This document shows, piece after piece, positions 1 to 12,290 of a stretch of DNA of 64,000 nucleotides (position 1 is its first letter; the number at the start of each line of letters is the position of its first letter). The notes below the pieces were generated by a model. The model searched no databases. It was not told where the DNA came from and saw only the letters and a program-made list of their open reading frames with translations. The position numbers and the translations under genes were made by a program. The DNA comes from Ramazzottius varieornatus (Eukaryota > Animalia > Tardigrada), in assembly GCA_001949185.1 (NCBI GenBank), contig BDGG01000003.1, positions 4,075,158 to 4,139,157 on the forward strand, in the 5' to 3' direction.

Positions 1-618
1 TGGTGTCCAAGTCGTTTGGCTTCAGCTCCGCACCCACGGTCGATCTCGGTACGCACTTTTCGACTTCTATGTATGAAGTTTAGTTCACGTCAGCGATGAG
101 TGGTGTGCTTGTTAGGTGTTACCAGCAGCAAAGTCAAGGGAAGAGCGCCTATCGGCGCCGGCTACCAACGGCCAGCTATCGCGAAAAAGAGAAAAATCTA
201 CAAGCAGTTCGCCACAAAGAAGGAACAAGAATACATGTAGACATAATCTGTTTCTCAAACGGTAGTTGGCTATTAAAGGAAGCTAACTTTCCTTTGACGG
301 AGAGTAGTCGACGCTTGAGGATTATATCCTTGAGTAGTTTTAAGCAGACTTGTCCGGCAGAAAGCCGAAGCTGGCTCTTCCGAGGGAAGATTAGAAAATT
401 TCCGGGATCATCAGGATAGAACAGATTTAGCCCTGAGCTGGAAGAGCGTCGGTGAATGGTCACCGTCGACTCACCGAAGACTGATCGGAAATCAGTTAGA
501 TAGTCTTTAATATTCGGCAAAGGTTGATCTTGGGTAAAAACCAGTATTGCTAACTTAACTGCCGCTGTGACTACTTGTTTATCTCGCAGCCCTTTGTTTA
601 GTTTCGCAGCCGAGTTAG

Positions 619-645
619 GTGGAGGTGGCCGAGTGGTAAGGCGTT
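619..645 (+). tRNA. 5' part of a tRNA-Ser-like gene, truncated by the assembly gap
   Basis: GTGGAGGTGGCCGAGTGGTAAGGCGTT matches the 5' end of the minus-strand tRNA-Ser at 787-867 (one T fewer) and runs into the N gap. Confidence 0.6.
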
Positions 646-777
646 NNNNNNNNNNNNNNNNNNNNNNNNNNNNNNNNNNNNNNNNNNNNNNNNNNNNNNN
701 NNNNNNNNNNNNNNNNNNNNNNNNNNNNNNNNNNNNNNNNNNNNNNNNNNNNNNNNNNNNNNNNNNNNNNNNNNNNN
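646..777. other. Assembly gap (N run)
   Basis: Run of N bases. Confidence 1.
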
Positions 778-786
778 CAAAAAGTT

Positions 787-867
787 CGTGAAGGATGAGA
801 TTCGAACTCATGCGGGAGAACCCATTTGGTTAGCAGCCAAACGCCTTAACCACTCGGCCACCTCCAC
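787..867 (-). tRNA. tRNA-Ser (anticodon GCT)
   Basis: Reverse complement folds as a cloverleaf: acceptor GTGGAGG/CCTTCAC, D arm GCCGAGTGGTTAAGGC, anticodon arm TTTGG-CTGCTAA-CCAAA, long variable arm, T arm ATGAG-TTCGAAT-CTCAT, discriminator G, followed by a T5 Pol III terminator. Confidence 0.92.
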
Positions 868-1767
868 CCATTACATAACGGAGTGGAATCTTAATCCGAT
901 GAAGTGATGCAGAACAGGCCTGTTTTACGCCCTTGCGAGTAACCGGTTTGATGGAAAAATTCGCATAAAGCAGGAAACCTATTTCCCAAGCATAAACAAA
1001 CCAGCAAAATTACAAGAAACGCAGAGTACAGCAGAGAATTCCACAAAAATTTCGCTCCAGGGACCAGGACCAACCCAGTAACAGAAGGTCAGGAACAATA
1101 CTGCGTTCTTCCTGCCAGGTTCTCGGACGAAAAGGGCCTTGTCGAGTCAACAGAACACTAGAATACGGCTTTCTAATAAACTGTCACAAAACTCTTGCAC
1201 TGCCATATTTCCACAAAAACTTCCACGCTCGAGTTCAGCTTTTGGGACTGTTCAGGGTGCTTACCCTACGGACGAGATTAACCTGCTGATGGCGGAAGAG
1301 TGACAATAAGTTCGTAGTATACGGCGCACGCATAAAGCACTAATCTCGATGGCTGAGAGGAAACGTATGGGAAGAAGGGCTGTCATGAAACGGGATCCGT
1401 ATACGAGCATAGCGCACTTTTTTTGACGCATCGTACACCACATAATTGCACACTTGAGCTCGTGATCTCCCCTGACAATCTAGGTTTCATCTGGCTTGCA
1501 ATTGCGTCGAGTACAATGATTGATGGTTATTGACTGCAAGTGCGGAGGGAAAAAGCCGGGTTCCATCCAGTATTTAAGTTTAGAGAGGTGGTATCAACAA
1601 TGCACCCCTGTCTCATTACATGGCTAAGGTTGTATTTGACCCCTGTCACTCTTCAACATTCGTACGAGAGCTGGGAGACCCGGTGAATATTTCAGGAGTT
1701 ACGCAAGCTCGGGAAAGGTTCCCACAAATTGTGCCAAGCCTTCAGTTGGCGAACTGCAAAACCTAGT

Positions 1768-3180
1768 ATGTTTAAGGTCCCTGACGAAAAGCAAAACTTG
1801 CGGACCCACAACAACACGCCGAACATCTCCAGCGCGACTTTCGACTTTCCTTCGGGGTACTCTGATGAGTTATGGGCGGCAGCTTTGACGATCTGCTGTA
1901 AGTTTTCAATCTAAAAAGTCACCTCTTCGTAACTGAATTTCCCCTTATCCAATTAATTAACCTCCTCAGTGTAGTTAGTTTTATCTACTTGGACAAGGAA
2001 AAGTTCTTTCTGTCTTCTAAGGTCTGCTGGCCTTATATTGCAATGGCATCGTTATAACCAGCTTGTATCGACAAAACAAAAGCTTGATTGCTCTGGATAT
2101 CCTCTTCGCCAGTCTTGCCGTACAGAACTGCACCTTGGCCGTCTCCACTTTTCCTTTTGTCTGCATTTCCGCAATCTACCACGGATGGATCTTCGGACGA
2201 GCCAGTGAGTGATGTTCTCCATCTGTGGATAACTCTAGCCATAAGACGGAATATTTCTATTGCTTGTTTTCAGTGTGCAACGCATATGCATTTACGACCA
2301 CCACGTTCGGTCTCTCGTCCATCTATACTTTATTGGGAATATCCGTCTTGTTCGAGCAGTCCGTAGCTAACGCTGCACGTTCTTCGGCTGACCTGATGCA
2401 AGCAAGTCACCGGAGGTTAGCTATCCTATTTGCAGTAGGCTCCTACTTGATTGCCGCCTTTCTGTCCTTGGGACCGCTGGTCGGTTTTGGAGCGTACGAT
2501 GTGGGAAAACACGGATTTAGCTGTACGGTCATGTGGAAGAACCCGACGATTTCGTCGTACCTCTACCTCCTAACGCTCTTTCTGTTTGGCTTCTTCGTCC
2601 CACTCTTATTTATCGCTGGACTCTACGGGAAAGTAGCGGTAGACCTCCGATCTATCGGAAGATCGGCCAACAACCCGCATCCACACACCGACAACAAGTG
2701 GAGCATTGTTTGCACATCAATGTTGAAGGTGATACTTGAACATGATATACCGAAAACTGAAACCACAATATGTAGGCTTGTCGAGATTCCATGTCATCTG
2801 ACAAGCCATATCTCTAAAGTTTTGTTGATCAAAGTGGGCTACTTCAGATGGGAATAAGTGTGACGATTGTCTTCATATGTTGCTGGACGCCATACTGCAT
2901 CACCTCAATCTTCGAAATTTTCGAGAGGGGTGACGAGTGGATTTCGGCCACACTAGAGGGAAGCTCGGCCTTGTTCGCGAAGTCCTCAACGGTTTGGACC
3001 CCGTTAGTCCATCTCTACTTCATCAAACGTTACCGAAGGTTCCTGAAACATTTCTGTTGCTTATGTCGTCCACATCACCGTTGTCGAGTTGAATGCCTAG
3101 CTGTTGGCGAGAGGGCTCAAACGTCTGACGCCCATTGGCCACAAAATGTAATTCCAAATGACTCGACAGCTTTTTACTGA
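1768..3180 (+). CDS. Opsin-like 7TM receptor, 4 exons (~1768-1897, 2022-2204, 2274-2728, 2848-3180)
   Basis: Spliced translation shows N-terminal glycosylation sequons, TM1 CNGIV, WIFG..C, EL2 GFGAYDVGKHGFSCTVMW, TM6 FICCWTPY and TM7 ALFAKSS with the Lys296-equivalent. GT-AG phases are consistent. Confidence 0.85.
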
Positions 3181-3251
3181 ATATTTTGTTATGCTATGAC
3201 GACATTCACCAAAATTTTAAATTTTACATGGTTATAAAAGGAGAGAGAATT

Positions 3252-6200
3252 TCAAGCGCTATTTTTTACAGGAATAGGTGTCATAAAGTAAGACACAGGC
3301 CTGCCGATAACGACGGTACTTTGGAGGTCTTCAGCGGTCACAAGTTGATAGTTCCCGGTGATGTTAAGTGCCCTACCCGGGATAACTTTACACAGTTGTA
3401 CTTTCATGGCGGCACTTCCGGTCCAAACATTTAGGGATACTGCAATATCCCGCTTGATGATAAAGCGTTCGTTGTGATGCGCGTAGTCTTTTCTTGTCAG
3501 CGAAAGTAACAGCCTACAGCAAAGTGCGACAAATTAAGACCAAAATATCTCAACAACAAAAGGGGGATGAGCAAAGGTTGTACCTTCGGTCATCAGGCAT
3601 CAGCAGACACATAATTACCCCACCCATGCTTCCTACGCCCTCAATCACCGCTTCAAAGGAAACACGATGAATTGTTCCGGCCACAATGTTTACCGGATAC
3701 TCTTCGTTCTCCACAGGAAGCTTGATTTCAGCTTTGATTTGTTTCAAGCTGACTGAGCCGGTGTGAGGAACAGGAATATTGGAGCGCAGAACCTGCAGCA
3801 GGATTTGCTCGGGGATCCTCGTCCGTTCAAGCAGAGCACCGAACACTGATGCGGCATTTGCCTATATATCAAACAGATTAAATCTATAATGCACAAATTT
3901 TCAGTCCGTAAACTCGAGCAAAAAATTAATCAGAAATCTTTTTCAAAAACGTTATTCGCATTTACACCAACCTTGACAAGACCTTCGAGGTCGTTATAAA
4001 AAGCCGGTGGAATTTCCACCAGGTCTCCAGCTCGCTCACTATAGACTAGGGTGCGCAGCAGCTTTTCCCTGATTGCCAGCTCTTCTACAGTCCGAGTATC
4101 CTCTGTGGAGCTCGAAGAGAAGACTGTCTTCATCTCGTCAATCACGCTCTGCAGGTCATCGAGGGACTCGGCACCGTGGTCCTTATCCTACAGCAATAAT
4201 CAAAATACTGTTTAATTCGAATATCAACCGATTGTAAAGATGGAAATAATTTGATCAGATCATTTTTCCAATTGACGCACGTTTTCACGGATACCGGCTG
4301 GAAGGGTGCGCCACCTGAGAAAGCGACCTTGTCGGGTCTGACTGCTGAGCTCTCATATTTTACCTGTTTTGACTTCGACTCCGTATAGCTCTTTAACACA
4401 GAAAGATATTTCTGGATGAACCGAAACTGCAACTTCAGCCACGACGTAGTCACATGTAACGTCACATCTTGTTCACAGACCATCGTGATTTCTTTCGACA
4501 GAACACTTAACGCTTTCACGACCAAATCGAGGCTCTTTCCACTGGAACAGTTGCGCCGGAACGCCACCAGTCTCGCCGTGATACCATTGTGCGGTTCCAT
4601 CTTCCCTTTCCCACCAGACACCGATCTAAGATCAATCGTCTCCAAAGTCGGAAACCAATCAGGGTACTTGTAATGATAGAGAAAGTAGTGCCTCAAATGA
4701 AAATCCAGGAAGATTTTCAGGATTTCTGGTGAACTGGCTGCCGCGTTACACACTAGTGCCATAGTGGCAATGTATACTTTGTCATCGGATTTGGGTTCTG
4801 CCGAGTGTAAGTAAGGGTGAATGTTCAGGTAGGAAGATGTTTCTTCCGCAACGGACTGTGAGTTTCTGTGACCGATGGACGCTAGGCACGAACAGATGTA
4901 CCCGTGATCCGAAGGGTACTGTTTCAGGTTGGCTAGAAGTTCGTTGAAGACCATGCGAACAAGCTTGGCTGAGGAATATCGTAGGGTGGGGAGGATTTGT
5001 CGAAGACCTTCGCGGATGTCCAGGTTGGCGTCTTGGAGGACGGTGAGGACCATTTCCAGTTGGTCCTCGCGGAGTTCGACGCCTTGGCCAAGCAGAGGAA
5101 AGATTCGGATGGCGTTCAAACGAACATCGTGAATTTCATCGTTGAACATGTCCACCAGAAACTCGGCACCTGAATTAGAAGCACGGTGCAACACAAAAAT
5201 ATTGGGAAAAAAAGAACTGATTACTTTAGGCACGGCCTTGATTGGGTACTTTGTCCTCAAACAAGGCTGTGCCGGGAGTTATTCGATGCAAATCTTTGTT
5301 GCTTGTGATTGAGTTTGGGCTGCATAAGTTCCTCAAATCACTGCAACGTACAGACAGACCCGAAAGACGGGTTCTTCGCAGCCAACCGGGCCATAGAGAT
5401 GACAGCCGGTGCTCGAACTTCCTGGAACTGGTCTTCGAGCGCAAGCACGAAAGCTCCTGTAGCCCCGATGGACATCAGCTTGACATCTTCTTGCTGTAGA
5501 CGTTCTTTCGGTGCATCGTCAGCCCACTTTCTTCCGCTAGACCACTCGCCACTTTCAAACAGCTGCTTCTGTCGTTCGTGCCCAGCGACTTTGATCCGTA
5601 AGTCAGACATAAGTTTCTTGTCCACCGTCTGGTTGATGTACTCGATTGTGACACCGTCCAACTGACCCAGAAGCGTCGCTGCCTTTGCTCGAATTTCAGT
5701 CTCCCAGTCATTCACCCGGTCGCAGATTCTACAGAAAACATCGTCGACGAGGTTGATGGTTTCCCCAGAATCGAGGTGCTGCGCCTTGGGCACTTGCGTC
5801 GTGGGCTGTTCTTGTCCCAGCTTGAAGATTAGGTCCATAGCACAGGAACGGACTGTGATGGACTGGTCTTCCAATCCGTAGCACAACTTCTTGTACCTGC
5901 AGAAGTAAACAATTCACAGATATCAAACAGGTTAAAGTACGAAGTGCGCAGGTTGATCCTTACAAAGCTCGGCTAACTAAGCCAAGGCGGCCATAGCGGG
6001 TAAGCCAGCCACCCTACTTACATCAGCGTAATTCTGTGATGTCATAATGGTAAAGCAAGCGATGGCTGATTTATCCTCTTTGGCCCTTGCGACAACTTAC
6101 ATGGCCAAGTCCAGCTTAAATCCGCGCTCGCATATGCTTCTTAGCATCCGGTAAGCTGCAACCCGCACTTCACTGGATGCGTCCCTTTCGAACTTGCTCC

Positions 6201-6908
6201 ATAAGTGCACCACGTATCTGTGGGTCCGGCTACGAAAGGATACAGTTTCGCCGAGAACGTCCAAGCAACCAGCCACAAGGAGGGATCTGTTAGTTGACTG
6301 TAGATATTGAATAGACTTGTCTATGATGGCTGTAACTTGAGAGCAAAACGCCTTGTCCTTTTCATGTGAGGCGCTCGCACGGAGCAGCGAACGTAGCAAC
6401 ACTGCTCGAAGTGATACGGAAGATATTTCGTTCAAGGTTTGGCGTAGAAACGCTTGAGCATGCTTCAGGATGACCGAACCCAGAGGTAAGCTGAGAAGAT
6501 CACCGATGGCCTGGAGAAGGATACACCGCAGCTCTGCGTCTTTGTACAGTAAAAACAGCCCGCGAATCTTTTCCATGACTTCCAGAAGTTCGGCCGTGGA
6601 TGCTGCGATAGTCCTGTTCTCAGCAACATCCTGTCAACATGGCCATTCCGACAATCCACTTCCGGTTGGCTAACTGGGTTAACTGCGCTTACCTGTAACT
6701 GCTGTCTGAGATCAGTCACGGCTTGTCTGGCTTCCACTGCAGTACTGATGTTCTGGGTATCGATGTTTACTGCTCTTGCCGTAAGACGCAACCGTTTTGG
6801 TGTAGGTTGGAGGTGAGGGGAATCAGGTGAGCCATCCTCGACTTCGGCAGTAGTCTCGCTGCCTGCCGTGTAGTCTGATAACATACGCTTCTTGAAGTTG
6901 GCCGTCAT
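3252..6908 (-). CDS. INTS4: Integrator complex subunit 4 (multi-exon)
   Basis: ORFs 5338-5886 and 4142-5260 carry INTS4 motifs (DKKLMSDLR...GHER...GEWSSGRKWADDAP; GAFVLALEDQFQEVR; FLVDMFNDEIHDVRLNAI; LREDQLE). Start MTANFKKRM at 6908; C-terminus ...YFMTPIPVKNSA*. Confidence 0.92.
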
Positions 6909-7357
6909 GGTTTCGTTCAATTGTGGTTTAGGCCACCCAACAGTCATATGTCCGCGTATATATACGTAGAACTGCAGGGGAAGCAATGCCGCAGGGAATC
7001 CCAGAAGGAGAGGAGATTTCCCGGAGAGTTGTGCGATGCATATGCATTTGAACAGTGATGAGCTGCTAAAAGGGGCCTCCATTTGCACATGGCCTGCCAA
7101 AACCGCAAGCCGACGAAAACGGCGTTGGATTGATCATTATTAAATAGTTGGTAACGGGTACGTGGTGTAGACTTCCACACATATACACCCGGTTCAAACT
7201 ATGTCACTCACGCTTTTTGCAGCCCAGCGGTTGCTTGTGTTGGCGAGACGGTTTTCTTTTGTTGCTCGGATTCCTTGATTGAATGAAGAGCTCCTCTTGA
7301 GTTTTGTTAGTACATAACATTATGTACTGTATATCATCAACGTAAGAGGTACACCTA

Positions 7358-8131
7358 CGAGGTAAACAACATAATTCGGCCGTACCCGTTTTTGGGACAT
7401 AATTCGGCCGTACCCGTTTTTGGGACATAATTCGGCCGGTGTTGCGGTATAAGGTGGCAGCACGTGGCAGTTTACTGTAAGCCGAATACCGCACCCATGA
7501 CCGTACCACACTTCGGTTTCGCGGTAACGCTGTTTTGCGGTACCGCACTGGCTATCGAGCAAAGCTTCTTCCCCCACGACAACTACTTTTCCGAAAAGCG
7601 ATCACAACATCTGATTATAAAAGAATCACACAAGAAGCAAGTGGAAAACTATCACAACGTCTATGTTCTGGTACCATGGATGGAAAATGAGGGAGAATAA
7701 GGCACTCAAGAAAACGTGAAAGAAAACACTCTTCTATAAAATTGGCAGTGCGGTATTGCATCAGACCACGGTCACCAAACGGAAATTCGTCAGAGAGTTA
7801 TTTGATACCGTCCATAACGCTCGAAATCTTGAAAACAAGCTGAGTGACGTGTTGGATACTCATGGAGGCGACGACACAAGCGCCTCTCGAGGCCTGCTTG
7901 ATTTTAGTTTCGCAGGCTCTTTAGCATTAGCGCGACCCTTCTCTCTTCGAAGACCTCTATTTCATCCTCTGACCATCGGATCTTCTCCAGAACCGTTTAG
8001 AGCTTTAGGAAAAGATATTTTCTGATCCATAAATCATACAGGATGGAAATCCATCCAGAAGTTACTGAAAACAACAGCCGTCCGAATGATGTCCCAAAAA
8101 CGGGTACGGCCGAATTATGTCGTTTACCTCG
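7358..8131. mobile_element. Non-autonomous Tc1/mariner-like DNA transposon (~770 bp)
   Basis: ~43-bp TIRs CGAGGTAAACAACATAATTCGGCCGTACCCGTTTTTGGGACAT / ATGTCCCAAAAACGGGTACGGCCGAATTATGTCGTTTACCTCG, each flanked by TA. Confidence 0.85.
7370..7438 (+). repeat. 28-bp tandem repeat (2.5 copies) in the left TIR
   Basis: CATAATTCGGCCGTACCCGTTTTTGGGA twice plus a partial third copy. Confidence 0.95.
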
Positions 8132-8324
8132 TACCTATTTGTTAGCGGAACGTAATCAATCAATCGCTCGGTCAGTGTGTTTGACGTTCCGGCAAGGCCC
8201 CCTCTAGCAGCTCATGTATGCATTTGAATGTCATGGGTCCGAAAGAAATATTCTGGATGTCGAAACCATTCTCCAAACACCAATCTTTCAATGGCGCAAA
8301 AACACAGCCGGAGAAATTTTATTA

Positions 8325-8529
8325 CTTTAAAGTGCCAATGATTCGGGACAGGTTTGGGTCCGGGTGTGTGTAAAAAGACCGCGCGGATGGTGGGTGAAAT
8401 ATCTGGTCAAAGTGTGTATCAATCAGCTGATCGCTATGACTGACACATAACAGCCAAAACGGCGCGTACCGGGGGGATTCTTTACGCGGACCCGGACCAA
8501 TCTTGTCCCACTTCATTGGCACTTTGAAG
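8325..8529. mobile_element. ~205-bp MITE with TA target duplication (copy 1)
   Basis: TIR CTTTAAAGTGCCAATGA...TCATTGGCACTTTGAAG flanked by TA; near-identical inverted copy at 19844-20050. Confidence 0.9.
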
Positions 8530-8760
8530 TATACGTTGGCGGCATCATCAGTGTAATTAACGAAAACGGACACATCTGCTAAACAATCTAGAAGAAAAAA
8601 AGAACAATCTTTACAGGGCGTCAATGCGTTAGGAATGCCAGCAACCTTGAGCAACGTTTGCTTTAATTAGGTGAATTAGGTCTAATTAGGATTAATAGTC
8701 GGTGAAAACGGCAGTCTCATTCTGAGCGCTCGAAAGCGGATGGTGTCCCATTATTGGTAG

Positions 8761-11700
8761 CTATTCCATAGGTTGCTTTTGCTGAACGTCGAGTATTTCT
8801 TCCGCGAATGTGTCATCTGACACCAAAGATTTCTCCCCACCATAGCTTTGAAAGTCGACGCTCTTCCTCGATACACTGGCCAGTCTTTCCGCAGTGGATT
8901 CGGACAAGACGATGGTCGAGATCTCCAGCCCAACTTCTTCATTCTCCTTCGAGGCTTTCGACCTCATTTCTTTGGGAAGAACAATCCGGAGTACTCTTGG
9001 GTCGGTGTTGATAAAGGTGATCTTCTTGTTGGCTTTGGCGCAGTTCATCACTGTAGCGCGGAGAGCCCGCAAGGTGGTGTAGTCTGATTGCGTTAAATGA
9101 AGGCCATTAAATACTATTTCCTCGTTGATTTCAGCAATGTCGAGGGCGGTCTCATCGTTTCCGGGTTTAGATATGGTCACCGACATCTCGTTATAGTCTC
9201 TGTCGATGATTTCATCTCGGAAGAAATCGCGCAGGTACTCTGCCGCTGGAAAGTAGATGGCGCCTTGAGGAGTAACATCCGTGTGGATAACGCGCTTGCC
9301 CCGGACAGGGTTTTGCGGATGTGAGCTATAAGTGGACTCTTTGAAGTTGGCGATGATGGAAGGGCGTGCAATGGGCCACAAGAGAAGGAGCATGGAGACA
9401 CCAATGCCTGACAGAATTCCGATGTCCACACTGGTCGTGAACGATACTATGATCGTTACGCCGATGGACAAAAGTTCCTTCTTGTTGATCAGCCACAAGT
9501 CTCGGAAGATTTTAAACTCGAAGAGGATCAGGATGGCTGCCATTATGACAGCGCTCAATGCAGCCTTCGGCACTATAAAGAACCAACATGGGAGACACGT
9601 TTGAGGACCGGGAACTCTCATCGGGCAAACTACCAAGAAGGATCTACCGTATTTGAACGCAGGCGACATTACACCAAGCGCCAGCAGCACGAAGGCGCCC
9701 GTCCATGTGCATCCCATAGGAGTCCGTACCCCACTTTGAGCTTTCAGTGCAGAACGAGTGAAGCTCCCGGTGACCGGGTACCCATGGAAGAACGAACAGA
9801 GGACATTTGAGAGTCCCAGCGCCCAAAGTTCTTGCGTCGGCTCGATCCGGTATTGGAACTGGAACGCAAAGGCTTTGGCTACTGCGATTGACTCCAGAGC
9901 TCCGACAAGGACTATCATCGGTCTGTAATAGAAGAGAAAGACAAAGCTGGAGCGAACCTTCCCGGAACACCGGAAGTCAGCCATGATTGTGATGTCTTAT
10001 GTACATGTGTGATCCAACAACTTTGAAATGGTCGATTACAGTTCGATTGTCCCATGTTAGCTGTGGTGGAGCCATCGTCGGAATCCCACCTTTCACCGTG
10101 TTCACGATCGACAAACCCTTGTATCCCTTTTCTGTCACGTAGTACCCGATACCGGTGGCGACCACGATGATTAGCGCATAACGGGTGACGCAAATGGTAC
10201 GAACAACTTCTCGTAATATATTCCATCGTCGTTTCGGGATGCTCCACTTTGGCTTCTTTCCCAGTTTCAGATCTTTCATCAAGAGGAGGACTGTGAAGCA
10301 TATGATACCCATCAGTGTATCCCACCCGCTGTAAAAAATCGGCGAACCTGTTCGGTGAGCTCTTCGAAACCGTGTTAAAAAATAAGAACAATAAAAACAA
10401 CAACCGACCATACTTGACCGATTTTATTGTCCTTATGTAGCCTTCGGTGTGATCGATCAAGTTGTCGGCCGAGAAACTTAGTCCAGTTAGAGTTTTAATC
10501 TGCGCATAAAGAATAAGGAACGCAGATGCAGTTGTAAACCCACTGCAAAAGAAAACACAGTTATATAAATCATTACGGCGGCGGTACGTCACACGGGACC
10601 TGTTTTCGCATGGCAGGTTTCGGCCCTGTAGTATTAAATCATAGCATAAGGAACCGGAAGTGCGCCACTTTCACGGAAGCTAGCTTACCAACCATTACAC
10701 GACATACAACCCACTTCCGGACGTTTGGGTTGATTTAGATACAAGTTAAACGTTCTACATGGTTCTGGAAATGTTGTTCGATACGTGAAGCAAGGGAGAA
10801 CAGACGGACCTGATTACTGGAGCGGAGATGAAATCAACCAAGAAACCTGGAGAGGGAAAACTGAAGGTCAAAACTCCTGGAGGACATCTGGTACCCCACT
10901 GGTAGAAGGGCGGGCAAAAAAACTTTTTCTGTCTTTATAGAGATTGCGAGCGAAAGCGCACTAGCACAATTCGATACGCATAGAAACATCGTGATGTCAT
11001 ATGTAAACATTATGCGACTCTTTTTAACACAGTGCACACGAGACGAACTTGTTCCTATGATGTCACGATGTTACTGTGCGTACCGAATCGTGCTAGTGCG
11101 CTTTGGCTAACTTAGCAATCTGTATTTTATGTTTGTTGATGCCTTGATGGACATTCTTAATTCTTACAAGTTACAACGTCATACAGTGGAAGAACGGAGG
11201 TATCTTTTACCTAGGTTGAAGACAGCGAGAATCAGCTGGACGATACCCACAAAGAAGCTCAAGAGAATGGCGTAGTGTGCTCGGTCCGATTCGCTGGCAC
11301 TTTTGGGGAAACTGGCGCCAGTCATCAGCGACAACACGGCAGTGGGACCTACAGGTTCGAGAATGCATCAGTCACCTTTCTCTCCCGTATTTGGGATATT
11401 GTGAAAAGAGCTTTCTCTTATAGCATACCAAGGGTAATATCCTTGGCTGTACCGAAGACCGTATACCTAAAGGAAAGCAGCAAGTGGGATGGCAACCGCA
11501 TGGAGCAAAGCAGGACGTGCCCGACTTACGCGAAGCATCCCATAAAGGCAGAGTATAATCCATATTCCAGAGGAACTCTCGCAATTTGTGCGTATGCCAA
11601 CCCCTGCGGAACCACCGTCAGACCTTCGAACAGAATATGGGCTGAAGGTATGTTTACGTAGCACAGAAAGTGTTTTCAGAATTGGGTTGAAAGTGTAGTA

Positions 11701-12025
11701 TACAGTAAAGTTGCATCGTACCAACAGTTAGACCAGCTACCATATCTCCTCTAAAGTCCAGCCACGAATATTTTGGAAGCCAGTACGAGATGGGAAGACG
11801 CCTTCTCCAAGCTGTACGAGTACAGCATCCATTCCGCAGTGCATCTCGGATCTTCCTCCACGACAAGTCGCCTCCAGTCTCTGACGTTCGAGTCTTCTCG
11901 TCCTCGAGGACCCAATGGTAATTTGGCGGAGCTTCTGCATCATGGAAAGCTGGATTGTGAACTCCGGATCCTGGTTTGAAGTTATCCCCGACCAAAGCTA
12001 CTCGGGAATCGCTTGGGTGGAACAT
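8761..12025 (-). CDS. SLC26A11: SLC26 sulfate/anion transporter, SLC26A11-like (multi-exon)
   Basis: RLPISYWLPKYS..DFRGDMVAGLTVG; GFTTASAFLI; LESIAVAKAF; QELWALG; YPVTGSFTRSAL...GVRTPMG; PKAALSAVI; C-terminal STAS-like region (IYFPAAEYL). Confidence 0.88.
10937..11125. mobile_element. Palindromic MITE-like element in SLC26 intron
   Basis: Long imperfect inverted repeat AAAGCGCACTAGCACAATTCGATACGCA...TGCGTACCGAATCGTGCTAGTGCGCTTT. Confidence 0.7.
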
Positions 12026-12290
12026 CGCGAGGACTCTGGAAAAAAACCTTCCCACGTAAAAGACTCCGTAAATTATCGAACCACAAAAGAAGCCGGCATG
12101 TTGAATAGCTATCTGATATCGTTGTGTCTGACCTAGGTAGTAAATCGGATCAAAGTACAGTGGCGTTGCAGCGCAGTCTGTGGCCTTTTCGTGATCTACG
12201 GTACGAATATTCCGGTAAGTGAAGTCGGTCGCCGCAAGGTGAATACCACTTCTTAAAGATCACAGTAAAGAAAAGCTTTCTGAGTAGATA

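Noticed and set aside
176-620. Minus-strand ORF beside the tRNA as a tRNA-targeting retroelement fragment
   Set aside because: No RT, endonuclease or Zn-knuckle motif recognisable; the ORF length is inflated by the N gap.
7370-7438. 28-bp direct repeats as a CRISPR array
   Set aside because: No spacers, eukaryotic context, and the repeat is part of a transposon TIR.
8322-8654. Paired ORFs 8322-8654 and 19873-20193 sharing [16 protein letters not shown] as a duplicated gene
   Set aside because: Both are chance translations of the same 205-bp MITE.
10855-10920. KVKTPGGHLV, reminiscent of ribosomal protein L34
   Set aside because: Only about 10 residues followed by a stop, inside an intron; chance similarity cannot be excluded.
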